A stretch of 64,000 nt of DNA from Lama guanicoe (taxonomy: Eukaryota), in assembly GCA_013239625.1 (NCBI GenBank), contig MU054026.1, positions 806,001 through 870,000 of the forward strand. Direction: 5' to 3'. Position 1 is the stretch's first letter. The number at the start of each line of letters is the position of its first letter. This document shows positions 12,500 to 25,565 of this stretch, one piece after another. Below the pieces are notes generated by a model that had not been told where the DNA came from, did not search any database, and saw nothing but the letters and a program-made list of their open reading frames with translations. Both the position numbers and the translations under genes were made by a program.

Positions 12500-14200
12500 G
12501 AGCTTTATTACCTCCAGGAAGTTAGCATGTAATGAAGTTTACATATGAAATTAATAGGGGAAAGATGGATTAACTAATAAGTGGTGTAGTTGCCATTAAA
12601 ATAAAAGGGTTCCCTAAATCTTATACCAAAAAAGTCATGGTGGATTAATTATTTAAATAGCAAACAATGAAATGAAGAAATAAAAGTAAAAATGGCTGAG
12701 GAAACTTTTCTAATAATCTTAAGAGTGGGGAAGAACATTCTCAGCATAATGCCAAACAAACAATCCATATAGGAACAAAAGGAACAAAACCAACAAACAA
12801 ATAAAACCCTGACAGGTTAAAAAAAAAAAAAGAAAAACCTGTATGACAACAAACAGGTGCAGAAACACACATGCACATACAATTCATATGTTCCAGAAAA
12901 ACAAGGACAAAAACAAATTCAAGGTATTTGCAACTCATATAACATGTAAGTGGCTGCTTCTCTAAAATTTTCAGAGTTCTATGATTCAGTTACTCAACTG
13001 AATGACAAAGGCAATGAACAGACAGTTCAATGGAAACAAAATACTATGGTGCCATTTTTTCATTTTTCTAGATGGGAAAGATAAAAAGTTTGATATGATA
13101 ATGAGGTATGGAAGATTATAATAGGCAAACTTTATGTTTTTGCTTGGTTATTTAGAAATATATTTAAGAATAAGAAATGCCTTTGATCCAGCAATTCCTC
13201 TTCTAAGAATTTATTTTAAAGATACACTTACTCAAATGTGCAAAATGACCTATGTACACAAAGATATTTTGTGCAGCATGGCAGAATTTCAGCAAAGATG
13301 TAAAAACTAACCTAAATATTTATTAATAAGGACTATTAAATATATTATATTACATTTATATGAGGGAATTTTACATAGTCTTTATAAAAATGAAGTTACT
13401 TTATGTACTAATATGAACAAGTTTTCTTAGATACAGTATTAAAAGAAAAAAAGAAAATGTAGAATAAATGTAGATCTGAGTTGTTGTATATACAGTTACT
13501 AGCCACATGTGGCTAGAGAGCACTCAAAATGTGGATAGTATGACTATGGAAATTAATTTTTAATTTTAGTTAATTAAAATTTGTCTGTTACTTAATTCAA
13601 TTATTGGAAAAGTTTTGTGTTTGGAATAATTTGGATATGACAATCTCCTTTTTGAGCTGTTCATTTTAAAGAGGATAAATACAAAGCAAATATTTCAGAT
13701 GAAAATTTATTCTCTGAATTGACATTTAGAGAATATGTCAAGTATAGAACTCACAAGAGGTTATAAAAATGTAAACTATCTCTATAATAATATTTTAAAT
13801 TTATTACACATTGAAGTTATATTTTGAGTATGCTGGGTTAAATAAATACATTAAAATTATTTTTACTTTTTAAAGTTTCTTTTTACTGTTTTTGCAATGG
13901 TTTCTAGAAAATTTAGGACTACAAATTGGCTGGAGGGAGTGTATTACTGTTGGATAATGCTAGTATCCAGTGTGCTTTTACTCATGATAGAAAAAAATTA
14001 TATATTTTTTAAATACTTGGAGTGTATCTGAAAAGGCATGCAAAAATTTTGTTCTGTCCTTGGAGGGAAATTGGGTGGCTGTAAGTCAAAAGTAGGAGGG
14101 AGGCTCAACCTTCACTCTCTTCTCATTTGTACTTTTGAATTTGTTTTCCATGGGCTTACTTATTTACAGTGAAAATAATAAACAAAAATTAAAAAAATAA
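12500..14200 (+). mobile_element. Ancient L1ME-like 3' region, interrupted by a hAT element
   Basis: 'cctttgatccagcaattcctcttctaagaatttat' and 'aacctaaatatttattaataaggact' are L1M 3'-end motifs. An A-rich end lies near 14180-14200. Confidence 0.7.
13480..13962. mobile_element. hAT-Charlie DNA transposon relic (Charlie1/MER33-like)
   Basis: The internal motif 'agccacatgtggctagagagcactcaaaatgtgg' and the terminal 'ctgttggataatgctag' resemble the Charlie1 family and its TIR. Confidence 0.65.
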
Positions 14201-14454
14201 GATTCAGTGCTTGTGAAGGTTTCCAGGAATCCTTCTCTGAGTCCCTTCATTAGTCAAGGTGAGGAACCTTATTCCTTCTGTAATCCCCACTGGACATAGT
14301 GCTATAGAAAAAAAAGAAAACAGATCTCGCTAGGTAAAATGTATTACCACTCAGAATTGAATTTCAAAGAAGTCATCTTAGATATCCAACCAAAATAACA
14401 GACTGGAAGACAGACTTTTTTACTTGGAAATCCAAAACTCAGCCTTTACAGATC

Positions 14455-15340
14455 AGGAATAACTACTTGACATACAAAATAGCCAGAAAACAATTAACAT
14501 AATGGCAACAGTAAGTTTTTATCTATCAATAATTACTTTATATGTAAATGGATTAAATTTTTCAATAAAAAGACATAGAAGAGCTGAATGGATTAAAGAG
14601 CAAGATCTAGTGGTATGCTGCCTACAAGAGACTCACTTCAGCCTTAAGGACATATATACACTGACAGTGCAGGGATGGAAGGATATATTTCAAGGAAATG
14701 GTGACTAAAGAGAATGAGTAGAGATGGCTATAATTTGTCTATAATTATTATCAGATAAAATAGACTTTAAACTCAACTTGGTTAAAAAAGACAGATAAGG
14801 CCATTATATAATAATAACAGTGTGAATACATCAAGAAGATAAAACAACTGTAAATATTTATGTACCTAACACCAGAGCACCTAAATATATAAGACAAAAC
14901 TAAAAGGAGAAATAAGCTGCAATACAGTGATAGTTGGAGACCCTGATAGTGTACTCTCAAAAATGGACAGATCACCAAACCAAGAATCAATAAGGAAACA
15001 GCACTATAGATGATCAAACAGATATGAACAGTGCTATAGGCCAAATGAACCTAACAGATATACAGAAAATCTTATCGGAAAAGACAAGAATACACACTAT
15101 TCTCAAGTGTACATGAAATATTTTTTAGAATAGACCATATATTAGGCCACAAAATAAATCTCAGCAACTCCAATAAGATTGAAATCATACCAAGTATCTT
15201 CTCTAATCACAAGCGTATGAAATCGTATGAAATCATAGGAAGAAAACTAGAGAAATCATGAGTATGTGGAAGTTAATCCTCTCTTAAACAACTAATGAAT
15301 CAAAGAAAATAATTAAAGGTGAAATAAAGAAGTATCTTAG
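14455..15340 (+). mobile_element. L1 ORF2 endonuclease-domain fragment (degraded)
   Basis: Translation 'YLSIITLYVNGLNFSIKRHRRAEWIKEQDLVVCCLQETHF' is the L1 APE endonuclease N-terminus. Stops and frameshifts are present. Confidence 0.92.
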
Positions 15341-15379
15341 GACCCAATCAGAAATGAATAACTCATTTTTTTAAATCAT

Positions 15380-16870
15380 TTAGAATAGAGGGAGGGTTAA
15401 AGAACTTCTCAGACAAGCAAAAACCAAAAGAGTTTATCAGTACTAACCTGACCATAAAAGAAATGTTAAAGGATCGTCTCTAGATGGAAAAGAAGTAAGA
15501 ATTCAATGGAAAGGTTAAATTCCACTAGGGAAGGCAAATATATGGTAAGGACTGAGGAGCAGCCACTTAAAATGCAAAAACTAAAAGGAAGGAAACACAA
15601 GGATACTGCTAAAGAAAATAATCAAAGCACAAGAGAAGAATCAATGAATGGAGACGAACTACAAAAACAACCAGAAAACATGCAACAAAATGGCAATAAG
15701 TACATTTCTATCAATAATTACTTTAAATGTCAATGTATTAACGCTTTGATTGAGAGACATAGAGACGGCTGACTGGATGAAAAACAAGACCTTTCAATAT
15801 GCTGCCTACAAGAGATTCACTTCAGGGTTAATAACTGAAAGTGAGGAGAGGGAAAAAGATATTTTATGCGAACAAAAACAACAAAAAAGCAGAGGTAGCA
15901 ATACTCATATAAGACAGAACAGACTTTAAAACAAGTCTACAACAAATGACAAAGAACACATTATATATTGATTAAAGAATCAATACAAGAGGATATTACA
16001 TTCATTAACATATATGAACCCAATTCAGGAACACCTAAATATATAAAGCAAATATTAACGCACATACAAGGAGAAACAGTAGTACAACAGTAGGGGAATT
16101 TAACACCCCGCTTATATCAATAGACAAACCTTTTAGAGAGAAAATCAATAAGGCAACATTGGTCTTACATGGCACAATAGATGAGTTGGACTTAATAGAT
16201 TTCTACAGGATATTCCATCCAACAGCGGCAGAATACACATTCTTTTCAAGTGCACAAGGAACATTCTCTGGAACAGAGCACATGCTAAGCCACAAAACAG
16301 GTATCAATAAATTTAAGAGGACAGACATTACATCAAGCACATTTTCTAATCACAACTGTATGCAACTAGAAATTAATTACAGAAGGAAAAATATGAAAAG
16401 AACAAACATGCACTACTAAGAAATCCAATGGCTCAATGATGAAATCAGAGAGGAAATCACATTATATCTCAAGACAAATGAAAATGTACACAACTTTCCA
16501 AAATCTATTGTATGCAATAAAAACAGTTACAAGAGGGCAGTTTATAGCAATACAAGCCTTCCTCAAGAAAAAAAAAAGAAAAATCTCAAGCAACCTAACC
16601 TACCATCTAAAGGAATTAGAAAAAGAATAAACAAAGAGAGCCCGAAGTCAGCAGAAGGAAGGAAATAATAATGATCAGAGAGGAAATAAATAAAATAGAG
16701 ATCAGGAAGACAACAGAAAAGATAAATAAAACCAAGAGTTGTTTTTTTAAAAAGATAAACAAAATTGAAAATCCTTTAGCCAGATTTACCAAGAAGGAAA
16801 GAGAGAGGACTCAAATAATGGAAATAAAAAATGAAAGAAGAGATAAGAAATGATACCAACAATATAAAAT
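15380..16870 (+). mobile_element. Second L1 fragment: ORF1 C-terminus, inter-ORF region and 5' part of ORF2 (degraded)
   Basis: 'ttctcagacaagcaaaaaccaaaagagtttatc' resembles the ORF1 end. ORF2 motifs follow: 'LDLIDFYRIFHPTAAEYTFFSSAQGTFS' and 'IREEINKIE..KTTEKINKTKSCFF'. Confidence 0.9.
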
Positions 16871-18491
16871 GAATTGTCCAAAGGAGACACTGTATGAGCT
16901 GGGAGAAAGCACATGCTGTGACAAGGGAAGAAGGAGAGACAAAACAAAACGGATGACTGTGAGCTTGACGTGCCCTTCAACTAGAGCTAGAAACTCACAT
17001 ACCAGACAAGGTAGAAGGTCAGCGAGGGACTAATTAGAAATCAATACAAATAAAGCAGTATTAAGGTGAGGGGTGGGGGGCTCAATGATCGATTTAGCAA
17101 AAGTGTCATAAATTGTTGAGCTTTTTCTCTTTTCTTTTCCAGGCTTGGATTGACATCCAGCAGGTAAGGGGGAAATGTCTTAAAGCAGCAGGACCGCGCT
17201 TGCGGAAAAAGGATGCTCTCACATGAAAATGCTTGACTATTGATTGTCTTTTCTCATGTCTCCCCACGTGGGTTCCTTTTGAAAAGAAATTTCCCTCAAT
17301 TGAAATAGAACATCCACATTTTACAGATTCCTCAGTGAGAGCAGTTCTTAAATCCTCAAGGCTGAAAATTTTCCTTTAGGTTAAATAGCTCTTAAAACCT
17401 TTAAAGGTTTTTTTTTTTTTTAGCTAAAGTTTTTGCATAATTGTGTAAAATTATAAGTAATTTACATGTTAGAGAAGGCTCACCAAAGTAAGGCTAGTTC
17501 AAAGGTACTAAACTGAACAAACAAAGGGAAAGTATATGCTTGGAATCAAGCTAAAAATTGGATTTTTGTCTGCTGGCAATGGTCATATAGCCATGACGGA
17601 TTGAAATTGAGTAGGGGCATGACTTCTTGTGCTTATTTTATAAGGTTTTTGTCACATTTCATCATAGTGATATCTCCTGATTCTAAGAAAATTGCTCTCT
17701 TAAACTGAGACTGTTTGCTATGCTCTTCAAGTTAATATTTTTGGAAGCTTCTGTTGATTTAGATTGCTATTCAAGCATAATTTACTCCAAACATAACTGG
17801 TTTGACTAGAAGAGCTTTTGCTAAGTGGCTCACTGTCACCAATAGTCACAGTCATTTCACTCTGATTCTTCAAAACCACCCACTGGGGACCACTCCCCCA
17901 GTGGTTCTAATTCCACATTGTTGAATTTGGAGGCTCTATGGTTCTGTATGCCTGTCTTCCTTTTTGGCACTAATTACCATATTTTTTTCTGCCCCTAACC
18001 TTGGTTAAACAAAATCTTACTGCTCACTACAAAGGATGCTCCAATTCATTTAGTGGAGCCATGTCATGGTGAGTCAGTTTCAATGCTTATTCAGAACAGT
18101 TAATCCATCAATCACTGTGTGACTCAACACATATTAATTGAACACTGTGACATGTAGCAATCTGCAGTAGGCATTCTGAGAGAAACAAATCAAAATCAAG
18201 GCATGATATCCGCCCATCAAGGATGGAGGACCCAAGACCTGCAGTATTCTTGTTGGAGAGAGAAACCCACGTGCTTGAGGTACGTGTAGAACGTAGATGC
18301 TCAGAATGGAAGTGCCATTACAGACTAGGTGACTGACGTGGACAGAAAGTCAGCAGAGCCTAATGGAAGGTGAGAGTGATGTGGGGGACCCACAGATTGT
18401 CAACCAGCCAAAGCATTATTTGCTTAGTTTTCTGATATTAGATGCAATTTTTTGGTCCCTAAAAGATCAAATCTCCTAATTCTTTAGACTT

Positions 18492-18998
18492 TGTATTACT
18501 TTTGTATTGATGTTGTAACAAATTACCATATACTTTGTGACTTAAAATAGCACACGTGTATTCTTATTACAGTTAGAGATTAGTAATCCAAAATTAGTTA
18601 CAATGGGCCAAGATCAGCTTGTCAATAGAGCTGTGTTCCTTCCAGTGGCTGTAGGGGAGAATTGTTTTCTTTGCCTTTTTCAGCTTCTCGAGCTGCATTA
18701 CTGCCACTCCTTGACTCTTGGAGGCTTTCTCTGTTTATAAAGCCAGCAGCATAGTGTTTGGCTGTGGTTACATTGCCTTCTCCTTCAGTGTCAAATCCCC
18801 ATCTTCCTCTTAGAATACTTGTGGTTGCATTTACAGCCCAACTGGATAATCCAGGATAATCTCCTCTTCTCAAGATCCTTAATTTACTAATGTGTTCAAA
18901 GTAACTTTTGCTGTGTAAAGTGACATTTACAGGTTCGAGAGATTAGGATATCTTTGGTTGGGAGGATATGTTTGGGGGCCATTATTCAGTCCATCACA
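18492..18998 (-). mobile_element. MaLR MLT1-family solo LTR
   Basis: TG...CA termini, hallmark 'cccaactggataatccaggataatctc', and a near-match 5-bp TSD gactt (18487-18491) / cactt (18999-19003). Confidence 0.88.
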
Positions 18999-20701
18999 CA
19001 CTTCTATTGAAATAACTTCATATTCTATGAGAAAATATCAACTCAGGAAAGCAGTTGAAAAATGAGCAAGGAAATGAGCAGTATGTATCCAGAACTGGAA
19101 ACAGAGGTGAATGATTCAGAATGGATTGTGAGGATGCATTTCGTCTCATGTTGGTCTCATAGACACTATTTGTTGATACCACTAAGCTTCTACAATGTTG
19201 AGCCCTCATTTGAGGGTTACTGGGAATATTCCGACAGCAAAAACTTACACCACGTGAGGAAGGTTACTCCGGGATATACACACTGCCCCTGGTGTATCAG
19301 CAGGAGTTACCTCCTTTGCAGTCATGATGAATGCCACCAACTTCTCACTGCCACCCTCAGTGCCTGGCATCTTGCTCCAGATCGGACAGTACACCTTCCT
19401 TGTCTGTGCATTCAGCGGTTGGGATAATCTTAACATCTGGTGTTTTCAAACAGCCATGCACTCTGCCTCCTGGCCACATATGCATATGCTTTTATTCTAG
19501 GTCAGCTCGCTCTTGCCATGCTGCTGGAGGGGCTCAGCTTTGCAGCACAGCACATCACAGCTCAGTGTTTCTGAAGCACGGTGTGACCCCGAGCATTTAG
19601 ACTCCTCCAGTCCATGGTCTATTCTTGTTTCTCCATCCATGACGTACAGCAAAGGACACCTAACCTTCCCCTGTGACTTCCTACTGATCCTTAAACCCCC
19701 ATTCCCAGAACTCTCAAAAATTGTAAGCAAACATTTTTACATTATATTTATATGTTTTCTTAGTCATTGACGTCATCTCATAATACCTAGATGAATGTCA
19801 CTCACCCTTAGGTGCTTCTCAAATGAGCACCATTACAGGGAGAAATTTGAACCGAAGCCCTTAGGTTTTACTTAATAGGATATACTACTACTTATTTTCT
19901 GTTAATACACTGCTGGGGGGTGGTCTTTGATAAATCCGATCAACTTTGAGTTTTACTTACACTATCTATAAATTCCCCATCAGACCTATTATACAGGGTT
20001 ATGGTCGGAGTTAGAGAAGGTCAAGGCTGAAAGGCATTTTGAACAACAGTCAGAACACTCACCACTCCCAGTTGAAAACAATATATAGAATCAAATGGAG
20101 CGGGGGTGGGGGTGGGGTGGGGGTTAGGGCCTCTCAGAGTAAATTGTCTCTCAAGAGCATGTGGTGCATAACTAGCCAAGGGCTAGTTAGTGGCCAAGCT
20201 GGAAAGAGAGCCCAGTTTTTGTTCTTTTTTTTTTTACTTTAAAGCAGTTCTTAGTCTACCATTCCAGAATATTTATAATAAAATGTATGGCTGGCTCCTT
20301 CATCTGTGATTCTTACACTCACATTAATATTGCTTTATATTTGCTGAATTTATTAATTAAAAAGTTTTTTTTCCTGTTTCATGTTATGCTTAAATATTGA
20401 CTTGGTTATTAAGGTTTTGTTATTATTTGATTTTCAAGGCCAAGTTACTTTGTTCCTTCACCTTTGTAAATTGTTATTTATTAGAGTAGCTTTCTCATAA
20501 CTAGATGGTTTTGTTTTGTTTCTGTTTTATTTGTTTGTTTGTTTGTTTTGTTCTGTTTGGAAAAGTCAGTTTCTTTATTTGTTCTCTTTTATTTAAATAA
20601 TTTTGGGTGAGAATCTTCCGAATATAGGCAACTGTATATTAGTTTTAATTTTCTGTTATTTAGAAACTAAATTATTACAAAAAATAATTACAAAATTATC
20701 A

Positions 20702-20793
20702 TTGAAACCAAATTATCATTGCTCCCAGGTGATTTATTTTATATATATTTGAAACCAAATTATCATTGCTCCCAGTGATTTATTTTATATATA
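20702..20793 (+). repeat. Tandem duplication of about 46-47 bp
   Basis: 'ttgaaaccaaattatcattgctcccag(g)tgatttattttatatata' occurs twice. Confidence 0.93.
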
Positions 20794-23419
20794 AAAAGAA
20801 TCTCAAATAACTTACAAATTATTCAGATTAATAAAATAGTTGAGAAGTTATTGCATACATGATTTAAAACAAAAAACAAAAAACTTCTACAAGTCAGAAA
20901 ACAAAAAATGTTGCAAAAAATTTACAATTACCGAAGCAAAACAGCAACAAAATGTCTTGCAAAGGATTCCCACAGAGCACAGTTCCCCTGGTCGTTGTTG
21001 CAAAGGTCTGAGTCCCCACATGGACTGTCCTGAACCCATTAAGGGATGGGTGCCGGGCTGGCAATGCAAACCTGCCTAATGGTAGTACGTTAGATGTCTC
21101 TTCATACCTGAGCCTCAGTGCTCTCATCTGAAGTCCGGTGGAGGCAGTAAGTTGCTCATTTTCATTGCTGACTACACATCTAACAGTGTGTCCTTTCTCT
21201 TACTGATGGACAACCGGGCTGTTTTGTCTTTGGGTATCTTGGGTTAATATTCCTGGTTGGGACTGTGGGGTCACAGATCGATAGTTTATACCCAGAATTA
21301 GAAACTGCCTCATTTCCTCCAGTACGCAGAACCGCGTGGTCTAGGCCGAGCGATTTATTTCTAGGTCTCTGTGTCTGTATCTCCTCAGTTGAGGTCATGA
21401 AATCATGGATCACACACCCTAAAACGTTGTTCAGAGATTTAATCAACCAGTTGGGGGTAACGTTCCAACCCATTTGTATATACGCAAAGCTAGAAATTTC
21501 TAGCCATCTCCTTTGAAAACTCTAAAACTGAACCTACATTTGCAGTGAGCTTTGAAGAATTGCAGTGCGAGGGAAGTGTTAAGCCATATTATTATGCAGG
21601 AGACATACTTGGTCTGGAGTATTAATTGTGATAATTCCAGAGTCTTTTAAGGTACCAAGGGGAATGGATAGATCTGTGTTTTAATTGGTTTAGGCAGCTG
21701 TCTTCACAGCTGCATCCAGCCATACATCTTCTCTCAGTCACATGGCAGGACATCTGTTTTCCCACCCCTGAAAAAAACGAACGAGGTCATCAGACACATT
21801 CTAGCCATATGTAGAGAGGCTCAGCTCACACTGCTGGTCTCTTTTGTTTGTTTTCTTTTGTTTTGTTTTGTTTGTTTTGGTTGTATCGTAGGCTCATGGT
21901 TTGTAAAATATTTCATTATTTTCAGAAGGGCAATTCCAGGTGCTATGACCCAGGGCACATCTTTTGTGTGGAGTGAACACAGCATTTGTCTCTCAGTTAA
22001 TCTATAATGCTTGCTACTGCCACTTGAAAGAAAAGGTTGTGTTTTTGACAATGAAAGAAAATGGCTCTCTCCCCTCTGGAAAGGGCCTCCCTGAGACCTG
22101 GTAGACATCTGCTGGAAGAAAAGACAAGGCATGTCTCCCAACTTTGCAACATCAGGAAAGGTAATACGTCCATCACCAACCACTCTTGTACAAAATCCTG
22201 ATCCTTAGAAATTCATAAGCATTTGCTTTCTTTATTCTTTTCACCTGCACAGCTTCTCTCCCTCAACCTTACTTAACTCTACTGCTGATCTGTACCTCTC
22301 AGCTCTACCTGTCTAAATTCTGCCCATTTTTCATGCCCAGTCAACATATCATGCCCAGTGTTAACCATTATTCATTCCCTACAGAATTTCCACTGAATTT
22401 TTTTCATCTTTATGGGCGTTTGTCTTCTTGCCTACCTTCCTGACTAGTGAAAAATGCTGAGGTGCAAAGTCTTGTTCCCCTTTGCATCTGACCTGTAACA
22501 GTGCCAGTGATTGACAGTGTCCTGATACTTGCTGAATTGTTTTATGTTTCTGGGTGACTTATGGAAGAATCCACTAAAATCATTCAGCAGGTCCTTTGTG
22601 TAAAAGTCCTGAAAATATATTATGTAATATAATTATTGGAATATCCTTGGGAGACTAACAGGGAAGTCCCCAGGTTGTTCAAAGTCAAGTGTAATAATGT
22701 AATTGGCCAACTTGATAAAATCAGATGGCCTCTAAGAGCAAATCACTATGAGACTGACATTGAAACAGACTGGAGAACGAACAGAAGTGGAAACTTGAGA
22801 GTTATTTTCACTTTGATCTGCCCAGGAGGGCATTTATGAGCAGCCCTCCAGTGAAGATGTCTTTGCTCTTTGCTCCTTTTATCACTAAAACATGATGTGG
22901 GGGAAAAAAAAACAACAACTAAACTTGACATATTTAGGTGAAATGTAATAAGAAGGTCATTTTCTTCCTTACCCCCGTTTTGGATGATTTGTTGTTTTGT
23001 TTTGCTTTATATTTTGACCTAAAATAATTAGATTGCTCAAGTAGGTGGGGAATTCTCTGAGAACAGACTTTCTCCAGGCTCCGATTACGGCAGCAGTAGC
23101 TCACGTGTGGCCTTTGGTGTGGGGCTGCAGGGTTCCAGCATAAGCCCTGGGTAGGTCGGGCAGACACAGCCGCTCTTCACTCAAAGTGCTCCGAGAGGCC
23201 AAAGCAAGAAGCTCCTGGCTCTGTGCACGTTAGCCCGATGGAGGTGGAAAGTTAGACATCATTGGATCTGTGTCATCCAAACTAAATGACATTTTAAACC
23301 TCTGCATATGGGTTTTTGTGTCCTCTCTTGATTGTCATGGTTTTCAGAGGCATCTGGGAGCACTTGTGGGTCTTCAAAACAACACGCCAGTGTGCATCCT
23401 TGTAAAGATTTTGTCTTTT

Positions 23420-23570
23420 AGTAGAGAGGACTGAGTTTGGAGTCAGACTGACAGGGTTTAAATCTTGGGTTTGAATGCCATTTCTGCTTAGTAAATGTGC
23501 TGCTGTTGGCAAGGTGCCGTAGTTCTGAACCTCAGGTTCCACATGTGTGAAATAAAATAGTAATGCAATT
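23420..23570 (+). mobile_element. MIR SINE fragment
   Basis: MIR core-like 'tttggagtcagac...tcttgggtttgaatgcc...tctgaacctcaggttccacatgtgtgaaat'. Confidence 0.7.
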
Positions 23571-25440
23571 TACAAACAAACAAACCTTTACATTCCCTTT
23601 CATCAAAACACTTTAAGGTCTTACAGCATCTTCCCACCTGCATGACAAGGGCTAATGTGCAGCCCTGAGTTCGGATTCTCTCCCTACCTCCGTCACTTTA
23701 TTTCTCACTCCTCTGCGACCTCTACCCCTCACAGTACTCCTCTCTCTCTGTCTTCACTACTTTCATCTGTATCATCATGACGCCCTGTTTCCCGCCTTCT
23801 TAGTTTTGCTCCCTGTGCCTTCCATGGCTAAAACAGGGCTTCCCTCCCCTCGTCCCTGGTCAACTGGATAACACTAGGTTCTTTTTGGAGCTTCAGATCT
23901 TATTTCTTTCATTTAAACAGTATCCTCTTCTTTTTAAAATTCCCAAATAGAAACAACCATTTTTTTCTAAGTTTCTCTTGATTTAAGAGTTTTTCAGTTT
24001 CCAACATGTAACACAGAACTTAGCACAAAAAGACACTTAATGCTGTTGTTGAGTGGAAAGAATCACTGAGTGGGGAGTAAGAAGTCCCAGGATTGTGTGT
24101 TCATGCTGAAGAAGCCATGCTGTTCATCGGTTTGAGCACCACTCTTACATCCCAGTCTCTATCGCTCACTGCAGCATCTCCATCCCGATTAGCGAGCTGA
24201 GACAATGAGGAGCTCACCTTTTTAGAAAACCCTCACCCGCTCATCTCCTTTGTGGATGAGATCACTTCTTTTCCAAGCTAACTCCTCCAACACCTCCTGC
24301 TATAACCCCAGCATATGGGTCTCATCTTCAAGATACATGGAAACGTTTTCTTCTACGTGGGCTGCGGACACAACAAAATTATTCTCCTCTCGAGATTGGA
24401 GGGAACAAGCCAGGGTAGAGGTAAACATGGTAACAGTGGGTGAGGCTGAATGCTGCCTGCTGCCTCCACCCAGCTTGCCGCCGCAGGGCATTCGTATGCA
24501 TCCGCATCCTGCTCTCTTCAGCTCTCTTCTACCCTAGAAGGTAACGCCCAGCCCTAGGAGGCTTTGGAGATTTTGTTTCTAATTAAGAGCTTAAAAGTTT
24601 GGATGCTGTTCTTCCAGGAAAGAAAAAAGGGTTGGAGAAAAATAGCTGACAGGTGGAGGAATAAACATTTTTTGTGAGAACAAAACAGGAATTGTGAGTG
24701 TATGTTATTGTTACCATTTTAAAATGTTCAAATGTATATTAATTGAAATCTAAGTAAAATTTTGAGGAAATCACTGGTGCATTTCTGTGGAATTGCATTC
24801 TGTGCATTTCCTAGATTCTAGATATCAAAGAACAAAATCTAGTTATCTGTATCTTTCCACCAAATTGAACTCTCCAGAGCTTCAGAAATAGACCAGAGAC
24901 AACGTAAAGGCCTTTGTGAGTTGATCAGTCCATGTTCTGGGGTTTGTAGCAAATCTCTGTTAATACTAAGGCTGTATATTCACAATGCCAAAAAACTAGG
25001 CAAGTTAATTCTCAAAGCAGCCACACAAGATGTTTTCCTTGTGAATTGAAAAAAACAATTTAAAAAGACACACATGAATCTCTCAATGAGCCCTTTGTGT
25101 GTTGTATGAACATTCTTAGAAAAAGCTCTACATGTGAGTTTAGGGGAAAAATTCTTGTAGCAACAACTTTATCATATCATGGTAACCTTATTGAGATTCT
25201 TGATTTAAAAAAAGTCTAGCTAAACCAGGGAAACAAATGATGAATGAAGCAAATGAATTCTCCAGAGGTCTAAAGTGTTTGGAAGGTCGACCTTGTATGA
25301 CGGAAATCATAATGAACATTTGTTGGGGCAAGGCACCCCTCGATTTTATAGCTAGAAATCCACAAGACAAATCTATCTCTCAGAATCCACAGAGAAGTCA
25401 TGTGAATAAAACAGGGTGTTTCATCATCAAAGTTTGCTTT

Positions 25441-25565
25441 TTTTACAAAAAATTTTTTAATGAAGGGAGGTAATTAGGTTTATTTATTTAGTAGAGGTAC
25501 TGGGAGTTGAACCCAGGACCTCATGCATGCTAGGCATGCAATCTACCACTGAGCTATACCCTCCC
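25441..25565 (-). mobile_element. tRNA-Ala-derived SINE (camelid vic-1-like) with TSD
   Basis: The minus strand reads GGGAGGGTATAGCTCAGTGGTAGATTGCATGCCTAGCATGCATGAGGTCCTGGGTTCAACTCCCAGTACCTC, with Pol III A and B boxes and an A-rich tail. TSD tcaaagtttgcttt (25427-25440) / tcaaagtttccttt (25566-25579). Confidence 0.9.

Noticed and set aside
14502..16853. L1 ORF2-like ORFs as functional CDS
   Set aside because: They are broken by stops and frameshifts and lack the RT domain, so they are fossil fragments.
17880..17904. 9-bp stem hairpin ccactgggg/ccccagtgg (a similar one lies near 1787-1810)
   Set aside because: Stems this short are expected by chance in 64 kb, and there is no supporting context.
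19062..19427. 121-aa ORF with 'YPELETEVNDSEWI', faintly like hAT/Charlie transposases
   Set aside because: The similarity is only a few residues and does not extend. An HMM search would be needed to support it.
25493..25565. tRNA-Ala gene
   Set aside because: The acceptor stem and anticodon arm are degenerate, and the A-rich tail and TSD identify it as a SINE.
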